Under the pieces are notes generated by a model. The model made no database searches and was not told the origin of the DNA. It worked only from the letters and a program-made list of their open reading frames with translations. A stretch of DNA of 64,000 bases, from NCBI RefSeq assembly GCF_001194135.2, contig NC_068987.1, forward strand, positions 5,258,577 to 5,322,576, read 5' to 3'. Source of the stretch: Octopus bimaculoides (Eukaryota). Position 1 is the first letter of the stretch, and each line of letters starts with the position of its first letter. Below, in pieces: positions 35,965 to 47,400 of this stretch. Both the position numbers and the translations under genes were made by a program.

Positions 35965-38900
35965 AGGGTTCTCATCAATATGGACAAAAAGAAATATTCA
36001 GGGAAGACATGTCGCTTGCTTTCAATGTTATCGATGACATCAGCTTTCTTCCTTGTAGAAATCATTGTAGGATATTTCACCAATTCCATGGCACTGGTTG
36101 CTGATGCTTTCCACATGCTGTCTGATGTTGTTGCTTTATTCATTGGGTTTGCATCTGTCCGAGTAAGTATGACCGACTCCATCCAAAACATTACATTTCT
36201 TCTCACACAATCCAAATACAACTTGTTGCGTAGATATGATGCTGTAACTTGGTAGAAGTAATGGGAATTGCTTCTGGAATAAGTACTAATCACCGAGATA
36301 GGTAAAGGTTGGACAAAGTGCTTTGTGGTATTTTCTCCAGTTCTTCGCATTCTGGGTTCAAATCCCACCAGGATCAATTTTGCTATTCATCCTTTCAGAA
36401 TTGATAAAACAAGTACTGGGGTTGATGGTACTGACCGACCCCACCACACTCAGAATTGCTGGCTTTGTGCTTAACTTAGGGATGATTGTGAAATCGTAGT
36501 TGTGGCGCCTGACTGGCACCCGTGCTGGTGGCACATAATAAGCACCATTCAAGCATGGATCAATGCCTTGTGCCTATAGTGGAAAAGATTATTAATCTTA
36601 GGGATTCCTAAGACTGTGAGCTAGCAGAGTTGTTAATACATTGGACAAAATGCTTAAGGATATTTTTTCGGGGTCTTTATGTTATTGAGCTCAAATTATA
36701 CTGAGGTTAGCTTTTCCTTTCTGTTTTTCAAGATTGATAAAATATGTACCATTTGAATACTGAGGTCAAAGTAATCACATAATTAAATCACATCATTGAA
36801 ATCTTGAAGCTATGACATAATGCATACTTGATTCAAAACAATCTGCCTTCCATGCTGGGATGGTATGACAAGAGCCGGCCAGGCAGAAACTTGCACCAAA
36901 CTTCTGTGGCTGTTTTGGCAGGATTTTTACAGCTGGATGCCCTTCCTAACACCAACATTCCAGCAGAGTTGACTGGTTGGTGATAGGAAGGGCATTCTGA
37001 GTGGTAAAGGGTTAAACCAGCCATATCTGGCCCAGATATTCTACCTGTTTTATGTCCGAGCTGGCCAGATCTAGCCTTTCACACCTACCCTACAATGTCA
37101 TTCTAAAAATAATCTCAAAACTGTGAGATAATGCATAATTAATTCGAAGCAATGTGAATAAATAAGCAGCAGTTATTTGGTGACCTCACTGTTGCTGGTG
37201 CCTCATAAAGAGAACCCAGGATACTCTGTAAAGTGGTTGGCAATTAGGAAGGGCATCCAGCTGTAGAAACTGTGCCAAAACAGACAGTTGAGCTTGACAT
37301 TGGACCATGGCTGTGTGGTTAAGAAGCTCACTTTGCATCCACATGGTTTTAGGTTCAATCCTATTGTAAGATACCTTGGGCAAGTATTTTCTACTGTNNN
37401 NNNNNNNNNNNNNNNNNNNNNNNNNNNNNNNNNNNNNNNNNNNNNNNNNNNNNNNNNNNNNNNNNNNNNNNNNNNNNNNNNNNNNNNNNNNNNNNNNNNN
37501 NNNNNNNNNNNNNNNNNNNNNNNNNNNNNNNNNNNNNNNNNNNNNNNNNNNNNNNNNNNNNNNNNNNNNNNNNNNNNNNNNNNNNNNNNNNNNNNNNNNN
37601 NNNNNNNNNNNNNNNNNNNNNNNNNNNNNNNNNNNNNNNNNNNNNNNNNNNNNNNNNNNNNNNNNNNNNNNNNNNNNNNNNNNNNNNNNNNNNNNNNNNN
37701 NNNNNNNNNNNNNNNNNNNNNNNNNNNNNNNNNNNNNNNNNNNNNNNNNNNNNNNNNNNNNNNNNNNNNNNNNNNNNNNNNNNNNNNNNNNNNNNNNNNN
37801 NNNNNNNNNNNNNNNNNNNNNNNNNNNNNNNNNNNNNNNNNNNNNNNNNNNNNNNNNNNNNNNNNNNNNNNNNNNNNNNNNNNNNNNNNNNNNNNNNNNN
37901 NNNNNNNNNNNNNNNNNATGCTTAAGGATATTTTTTCGGGGTCTTTATGTTATTGAGCTCAAATTATACTGAGGTTAGCTTTTCCTTTCTGTTTTTCAAG
38001 ATTGATAAAATATGTACCATTTGAATACTGAGGTCAAAGTAATCACATAATTAAATCACATCATTGAAATCTTGAAGCTATGACATAATGCATACTTGAT
38101 TCAAAACAATCTGCCTTCCATGCTGGGATGGTATGACAAGAGCCGGCCAGGCAGAAACTTGCACCAAACTTCTGTGGCTGTTTTGGCAGGATTTTTACAG
38201 CTGGATGCCCTTCCTAACGCCAACCACTTAGAGTGTAGTGGGTGCTTTTATGTGTCACCTGCACGAAAACGGCCACGCTCGAAATGGTGTCTTTTATGTG
38301 CCACCCGCACAAGAGCCAGTCCAGGGGCACTGGCAACGATCCCGCTCGAAGAAATAAATAAGCAGCAGTTATTTGGTGACCTCACTGTTGCTGGTGCCTC
38401 ATAAAGAGAACCCAGGATACTCTGTAAAGTGGTTGGCAATTAGGAAGGGCATCCAGCTGTAGAAACTGTGCCAAAACAGACAGTTGAGCTTGACATTGGA
38501 CCATGGCTGTGTGGTTAAGAAGCTCACTTTGCATCCACATGGTTTTAGGTTCAATCCTATTGTAAGATACCTTGGGCAAGTATTTTCTACTGTAGTCCCT
38601 AGTTGATCAATGCCTTCTGAATAAATTTGGTTGATGGAAACTGTGGAAGCCCATTGTGTGTGTGTGTGTGTATTTGTGTTTACCTGCATCATCACTTGAA
38701 AACCAGTGTTGGTTTGTTTACATCTGCATAACATAGTTGTTGGTTGATTTGATTGGCTAAATGTTTCAAGGTTGCGTGCCAGTTTGACTGCAGTCTTGTT
38801 ACCAAAACAATTAAAAGGTAAAAATATACTGATACTTTGCAATATTTGTTCTGCACTAAGTTATTGAAACTCCCTTGGCAACTCTTAGCGTTGGGAATGC

Positions 38901-41900
38901 CATGAACCAAGTGACTGGTTCGTTGGAAACGTGTAAACTTGCAACCAACGATACTGTCATTCACCGGTTGTAATTTAAATAAATAATTAAAGCGTGGCCG
39001 TTGCCAGTACCGCCTGACTGGCTCCTGTAGGATTTTCGAGCGAGATCGTTGCCAGTGCCCCTGGACTGGCTTGTGCGGGTGGCACATAAAAGACACCATT
39101 TCGAGCGTGGCCGTTTTCGTGCGGGTGACACGTAAAAGCACCCACTACACTCTCTGAGTGGTTGGCGTTAGGAAGGGCATCCAGCTGTAGAAACTCTGCC
39201 AAATCAGACTGGAGCCTGGTGTTGCCATCCGGTTTCACCAGTCCTCAGTCAAATCGTCCAACCCATGCTAGCATGGAAAGCGGACGTTAAACGATGATGA
39301 TGATGATGATGATGTATAACGATGACATTTTCCCTATGCAGATGATAGATAGCTATTAGCAATAGAAAGAAAAATAATGTAAAAAAAAAGTTTTTAAAAA
39401 AATGTCAATAGTATTAAGAATTGCTGTGCAAGCATTTAAAGAATCTAATTTGTAATGAAGTAAAAATATGCAATTACTGATTCAACTGATATGATTGATG
39501 TTGACCTTAAGGGGTGATTTGTGGGTTTGTGGTGGTCGTGGTTTTTGGAATGTGACCTTGTTCAGTTACAATAACTCAAACGTCATTTTGCATCAAGAAA
39601 AAACTGATTGACATTATTTTTGTCAGGAATGTTCTTGGGTCAGTTAGATGTTCTCACGGCAACATATTGTGGGTACTGAAACAATGTGGTCTGAGCATTA
39701 TCATCATCATCATCATCATCATTATTTAACGTCTGCTTTCCATGCTAGCATGGGTCGGACAATTTAACTGGGGACTGGTGAACCAGATGGCTACATCAGA
39801 CTCCAATCTGATCTGGCAGAGTTTCTACAGCTGGATGCCCTTCCTAATGCCAACCACTCTGAGAGTGTAGATATTTTAATATTGTTTTGTAAAATATATA
39901 AGGTGGGGGGAGCTGGCAGAAACGTTAGCACATTGGGCGAAATGCTTAGCGGTATTTCGTCTGTTTTTCACGTTCTGAGTTCAAATTCCGAACGTGATAT
40001 TTTTTGATGTCGCTGTTATTATTATTATTATTATCATTATTATTATTATTACTGAGGTCACTGCCTGGAATTAAGGCTTACCAAAAGGTGTTGGTAGAGG
40101 AACAAGGCTTGTGGGGTCGGAGCTAAAACCTGTTCTCCTGCCTCATTTCATGTTTGTCAATTTGTTTTGTAATTTGTGTTACCATTCGATTTCGTTGTAA
40201 ATTTTTATATCTCATTTTGTGTCTGATCCCAAATCAGGCTGTAATGTCCCCTTTATGTTGACCCCGTGTGGGCAATAAAGAAGCAAGATGTAGTACCTGG
40301 CATCAGAGCTGGTTAGAAAAGGGAATATCTTGTTGTTGGAGAGTATTATGTTGTTTTGTAGTTTACAATGTTTTTAAGTTACATCTTCTCCTCATACGAG
40401 AAGAAATCAGTGAACGAATGAATGAATATAAGAGATGCTAATTATTCCTTTTTTGTTGTTTCTGCTTAAAGCTCATTCCCACGGCAGCAGTCACGGTGAT
40501 AAATCTGAAAATGTTGCATTAGTGGAGAATAAGATTGGAGGTAACAGTGATGATGTCGTTATCAGCCATACAGAAGAAGCTACAGAAGAGGTTCCTGTCA
40601 AAATACGTAAGACATTGATTTTTTTCCCTTTCACCTTTTCCCTATTCTTTTCCTGTTGTAAAGGTGACTTAGTGATTGAAGTATTTAGCTCTCAATCTTA
40701 AGGCAGTGAGTTCAATTCCTGACGATGTGTCCTTGAGCAAGACACTTTATTTCACATTGCTCCAGTCCACTCACCTGACAAATGATGAGTGCTACCTGTG
40801 TTTTCAAAGAGCCATTCTTGTCACATTCCATTTCATGCTGAATCTCCCTGAAGAGTATGTTATGGGTATGTGTGTCTGTGGAGTACTCAGCCACTTGCAC
40901 GTTAATGGCACAAGCAGGCTGTTCCATTGATCGAATCAACTGGAACCCTCATTGTAATTGATGGAGTGCCAAACCATTTTTCTTGTCTTACAAGCTACTT
41001 GGTGACTTCCCTAGTACCATTGGCATAAGAAAAGCACCTGGTACATGCTGTAAAGTGGTTGGCATCATAGGAAGGGCATCCAGATGTAGAATCCATGCTA
41101 AAGCTGACATTGGAGCTTGACACAGCAATGGGCCATGCTGAATCCTGTCAAACCATCCGACTAATGCCAGACGTGTTAAATGATGATGATGGTTGCTCTT
41201 TTCTTGTATATCTTGTTGTTTAGCCCCAAGCAAGCCCTGAATGAGCAGACCCGTGACGAAAGGTTTTCTGGCCATTTACCATTCCGTTTTTATTTTGGGT
41301 TTTGGATACAGAACTGTATTATCCAACTTGTCGATTCCATTTTTTGAAACACCTATTTATTTAAAAAAGAATCTTTGCTCAATACTTGTATTATTTTGGT
41401 ACCACATAAAACATATCCATACTGGCACCATGCAAAAAGCACCCAGTACACTCTGTAAAGTGGTTGGTGTTGTGAAGGGCATCCAGCCATAGAAACCTTG
41501 CCAAAACAGATGACTGAAGCCCAGCTCCTGTGAAACTGTCCAACCCATGCCAGCATGGAACATGGACGTTAAATGATGATGAGGATGGTGGTGATGATTT
41601 GTGCTATTGATATCGTTAATGTTTTTCTCTGACGGTAGTTATCCCCCTTTGTATTTCCAATGATCTTCTTTGTCTCCTTCAGAATCCAGTTCTCAGTTAA
41701 ACATGAGGGGTGTCTTTTTACATGTCCTTGGTGATGCTCTAGGTTCAGTAATAGTAATTATCAGTGCGTTAATAATTTGGTTCGCTGAAGGTGACTGGAG
41801 ATTTTATGTGGATCCAGCAATGAGGTAAGCAGCCCTTACTTTTCCCAGTTTGTTTGTTTTGTGTATTTAAATGTCTACAAGACTGAGTCTAACAGTAATG

Positions 41901-44386
41901 TATCTTGTCTAAGGATACAATATAGTGACTATGGTAAAATTTGAACTCATGGTCGTATGATCCATAATTCAGTGTCTTAACCCTTTAGCATTTACATTTA
42001 TCATTGCCAGAGCAGCTGTCTGGCTTCTGTGCCAGTGGCACATAAATAGCACCATTTGAGCGTGATCGTTACCAGCGTCGCCTTCCTGGCACTTGTGCCG
42101 GTGGCACGTAAAAAAACATTCGAGCGAGGTCGTTGCCAGTGCCGCTGGACTGGCTCCTGTGCAGGTGGCGCATAAAAAACACCATTTGAGCATGGCCGTT
42201 GCCAGTATCGCCTGACTGGCCCTCGTGCCGGTGGCACGTAAAAGCACTCGTTACACTCTCGGAGTGGTTGGCGTTAGGAAAGGTGTCCAGCCATAGAAAC
42301 TATGCCAAATCAGACAGGAGTCTGGTGCAGCTCTCCTGCTTGCCAGTCCTGGTCAAACCGTCCAACCCATGCCAGCATGGACAACAGACGTTAAATGATG
42401 GTGATGATGATTTGTAGGTTTCAGTAAATTTATATGATTGAAGCTGTCTGAAATTGTAATGAAATAATTTATCTAATGAAATAATTATCTAATGAAATAA
42501 TTTATCTAATGAAATAATTATCTCTACTTACAGTATAGCTATGGTACTTCTTATTTTGAGTACAACAATACCATTATGTAAGTATTTGGTGTACTTCTTT
42601 TTTTGTTTCATTTAACTAAATTTATTACTACTGAGTATAAAATATTAATTATGAATACTAATAATAATTAAATATAGATGTGTGTGTGTGTGTGTAATCA
42701 TGTGATGGTTATAAATGAGCCTCACCATTGCATAAACAATGTAGCTTGTTTTTTATATAATTTTGGTGAATATATCTGTCAAAATGAGATGTCGGTGTTA
42801 TTTTAATTTTTGCATAATTTAGACGACAGTTTATTCACCGCATCCTGTACATGCGTGAGCACGTGTGCACACACGTATCGTAACGAGTATGTTAAATTCA
42901 AATTAATTTCTCGACAATTTTTTTTTCTCTGAATGCAGTCACTTTTTCTTTTCTCTGCTTTCTAAATGATGTCGTTTGTAATTTCAGTGCGGGAATCTGG
43001 TTTAATTCTTCTGCAGACAGTACCAACACATATCCAGGTGAAAGATATCAAAGAAAAATTAGAAAGGGTGAGCTTTTTTTTTTCTTCTTCTTCTTTCCCT
43101 TTTATTGATCTGCAACCTGATAGCTACTGACAGTGAGCAATTGGGTCCTAGACTGTGGTTAATGTCTGTTTTATAGCCATGCAGGAACATGTTCAAGATA
43201 GAGGTCAATATTTTCTAACCTTCAATAAAAGACTGTTGTTGTTGTTGTTGTTGTTTTTTGTATTAAATGTAATTTTCTTTTTTTTTTTATTTTCTTTTAA
43301 GTGTGTCTTTGAATTTTTAACCAATCAAATTCAAGTTCTCACTGTTTCCTTTTTTCTTTTTTCTTTTTCTGTTTTTATTTCTTTACATGTTAACTTTTAT
43401 TTCAGCCATTGGACTGTGGCCATGCTTCAGCACTGCCTCAAAGGGTTTAGTTTAACAATCAATCACAGCACTTGTGTGTGTGTGTGTGTGTATTCTTTTA
43501 TTGTTTTACTTGTTTCAGTCATTTGACTGTGGCCATGCTGGAGCACTGCCTTTAGTTGAACAAATCGACCTCAGGACTTATTCTTTGTTAGCCTAGAATT
43601 TATTCTATCGGTCTCTTTTGCCAAACCGCTAAGTTACGGGTTCATAAGCACACCAGCATCAGTTGTCAAGCGATGTTGCGAGGACAAACACAGACACACA
43701 CAACACACACACATATATATATATATATATGTGTATATATANNNNNNNNNNNNNNNNNNNNNNNNNNNNNNNNNNNNNNNNNNNNNNNNNNNNNNNNNNN
43801 NNNNNNNNNNNNNNNNNNNNNNNNNNNNNNNNNNNNNNNNNNNNNNNNNNNNNNNNNNNNNNNNNNNNNNNNNNNNNNNNNNNNNNNNNNNNNNNNNNNN
43901 NNNNNNNNNNNNNNNNNNNNNNNNNNNNNNNNNNNNNNNNNNNNNNNNNNNNNNNNNNNNNNNNNNNNNNNNNNNNNNNNNNNNNNNNNNNNNNNNNNNN
44001 NNNNNNNNNNNNNNNNNNNNNNNNNNNNNNNNNNNNNNNNNNNNNNNNNNNNNNNNNNNNNNNNNNNNNNNNNNNNNNNNNNNNNNNNNNNNNNNNNNNN
44101 NNNNNNNNNNNNNNNNNNNNNNNNNNNNNNNNNNNNNNNNNNNNNNNNNNNNNNNNNNNNNNNNNNNNNNNNNNNNNNNNNNNNNNNNNNNNNNNNNNNN
44201 NNNNNNNNNNNNNNNNNNNNNNNNNNNNNNNNNNNNNNNNNNNNNNNNNNNNNNNNNNNNNNNNNNNNNNNNNNNNNNNNNNNNNNNNNNNNNNNNNNNN
44301 NNNNNNNNNNNNNNNNNNNNNNNNNNNNNNNNNNNNNNNNNNNNNNNNNNNNNNNNNNNNNNNNNNNNNNNNNNNNNNNNNNNNNN

Positions 44387-44424
<38 letters not shown>

Positions 44425-47400
44425 GACAGGCTTGTTTCAGTTCCTGTCTACCAAATTTACTCACAAGGCTTTGGTTGGCCCAAGGCTATAGGAGAAGACA
44501 CTTGTCCAAGGTGTCACGCAGTGGGACTGAACCTAGAAGACGCTTGCTCAAGGTGGCATGCAGTGGGACTGAACTTGAACTCGTGTGGTTACAATATTAG
44601 CTTCTTAACCACACAGCCATGCTTGTGCCTTTTGCAGAACAATTTTTTCAAACAATTTGGTATTGTTGGTATATGTAATTGCTGACTAATGATTGCATTT
44701 TAGTTTTCCAAATGAGCGTGGTTGTTGCCAGTGTTGCCTGACTGGCTCCCGTGCCCGTGGCACGTAAAAAGCACTATTCAAACGTTGCTGATGCCAGTAC
44801 CACCTGACTGACCCTTGTGCTAGTAGCATGAAAAAAGCACCCACTTCATTCTTAGAGTGGTTGGCATTAGGAAGGACATCCAGTTGTAGACACATTGCTG
44901 AAATCTAGTCAAATGTAAAGGTCAATATATGCTGAAATTAAGGCGACAAGCTGGGCGAAATACTTAGCGGTATTTTGTCTGTGTTTGCATTCCGAGTTCA
45001 AATTCCGCCAAGGTCGACTTTGCCTTTCATCCTTTCAGAGTTGATAAATTAAGTGCCAGTTACACCCTGGGGTTGATGTAATTGACTTAACCCCTTTGTC
45101 TGTCCTTGTTTGTCCCCTCTGTGTGTAGCCCTCTGTGGGCAATAAATAAATAAGAAACGTTAGNNNNNNNNNNNNNNNNNNNNNNNNNNNNNNNNNNNNN
45201 NNNNNNNNNNNNNNNNNNNNNNNNNNNNNNNNNNNNNNNNNNNNNNNNNNNNNNNNNNNNNNNNNNNNNNNNNNNNNNNNNNNNNNNNNNNNNNNNNNNN
45301 NNNNNNNNNNNNNNNNNNNNNNNNNNNNNNNNNNNNNNNNNNNNNNNNNNNNNNNNNNNNNNNNNNNNNNNNNNNNNNNNNNNNNNNNNNNNNNNNNNNN
45401 NNNNNNNNNNNNNNNNNNNNNNNNNNNNNNNNNNNNNNNNNNNNNNNNNNNNNNNNNNNNNNNNNNNNNNNNNNNNNNNNNNNNNNNNNNNNNNNNNNNN
45501 NNNNNNNNNNNNNNNNNNNNNNNNNNNNNNNNNNNNNNNNNNNNNNNNNNNNNNNNNNNNNNNNNNNNNNNNNNNNNNNNNNNNNNNNNNNNNNNNNNNN
45601 NNNNNNNNNNNNNNNNNNNNNNNNNNNNNNNNNNNNNNNNNNNNNNNNNNNNNNNNNNNNNNNNNNNNNNNNNNNNNNNNNNNNNNNNNNNNNNNNNNNN
45701 NNNNNNNNNNNNNNNNNNNNNNNNNNNNNNNNNNNNNNNNNNNNNNNNNNNNNNNNNNNNNNNNNNNNNNNNNNNNNNNNNNNNNNNNNNNNNNNNNNNN
45801 NNNNNNNNNNNNNNNNNNNNNNNNNNNNNNNNNNNNNNNNNNNNNNNNNNNNNNNNNNNNNNNNNNNNNNNNNNNNNNNNNNNNNNNNNNNNNNNNNNNN
45901 NNNNNNNNNNNNNNNNNNNNNNNNNNNNNNNNTGAGCATGGCCGTTGCCAGTACCACCAGACTGGCCCCTTGCCAGTAGCACGTAAAAAGCACCCACTAC
46001 ACTCTTGGAGTGGTTGGCATTAGGAAGGGCATCCAGCTGTAGAAACTCTGCCAAATCAGATTGGAGTCTGGTGTAGCCATCTGGTTCAAATCGTCTAACC
46101 CATGCTAGCATGGAAAGCGGACGTTAAATGATGATGATGATGTGTGTGTGGCTCTATGTTCAGTTGTCATTGTATACCTGTCTATACTGCCAAAGGTTTG
46201 TTATTCATTTGTGGCAGTCAAACAATTGTACCATTGTTTATGTAACTCTAACTGTGTACACATGTCACAGTTACTGTTCCTTTTTACTTAATGTTTATGG
46301 TGTGTATCTCAGCCCAATATCTTGCGGAAATAAAACACAACACCAAATAAGCCTTGCCAAAGCATAATATCTTGCGGAAATAAAACACAACACCAAATAA
46401 GCCTTGCCAAAGCATAATATCTTGCGGAAATAAAAACACAACACCAAATAAGCCATGCCAAGATGATTCATACCCTTATACCACAGCTATTTGTTTGTGT
46501 GTGTGTGTTTTTAAGGTTGTCTACACTCTGTAGCAAAGAGGCAGGGGAGGGGGAGACAGAAAAAGAGAGTTTCTAAGAAGTTATTTATAATTACAGTGAA
46601 TACGTGTATTGTTTGTATGTTGGAGCCTGTTTATTGCTTGTATATTCAAGTATGGTTGTTAATGTTTTGTAGCACCAGATAACCTTTGATTTAAACAGGC
46701 TTTTTTATGGTTGTAGCTCACAGATAGTTAACCAAATGACCGGGCGCTCTTCACAGACCTGTTTTTCCAGTTACACCACTATCTACCTGAGTACTAAATT
46801 GCTGTTCACTCTAACATGGAATGCAGTGTGACAGTCTAAACATACTTACACTCTTTTCACTGAATAATTTAGTTCTTGTACACCTGAAGATTCTGGTGGT
46901 GACTATAGTAAATGGAGGCAAGGGTGGATTTAGTAAATGTGACAGTCGCTGTTCCTCTTCACTTGTTAATGCTGTACATCCCAGCATGGTGTTTTGGTGG
47001 ATTAGCAAAGCCTCTTTTTATCTCGTATTCTTTTGCCTGTTTTGGTGATTGGGCAGCGTTTGAGTTTCTTACACCCTGTCCCCTGTCCTTGGAGGATGAG
47101 TGGGGTGGACCTGTATATAGGCCTAGACAGGCTTATGCACTAGACTCAAAATTGCTGCCATCATAAAAGGGCCACTGAGCCAGACTGTGGCCCACGCTGG
47201 CCCTATCTCTTTGCTACTGGTTGGGATTTTTTATCTTTTACTTGTTCAGTCATCCAACTGTGGCCATGCTGGGGCATTGCGTTGAAGAATTTTTATTTGA
47301 ATAAATCAATCCCTGCACCTATTTTTTTTTAGAGCCTGGTACACAGACACAAACACACACACACATACATGTGATGGGGTTCTTTCAGTTTCCATCACCC

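Noticed and set aside
35961-36377. 138-aa minus-strand ORF
   Set aside because: Antisense shadow of the ZnT1 exon plus SINE sequence; no independent homology recognised.
38760-38990. Unique stretch tested as the missing ZnT1 TM3-TM4 exon, in either orientation
   Set aside because: The frames I translated on both strands give no CDF-like peptide.
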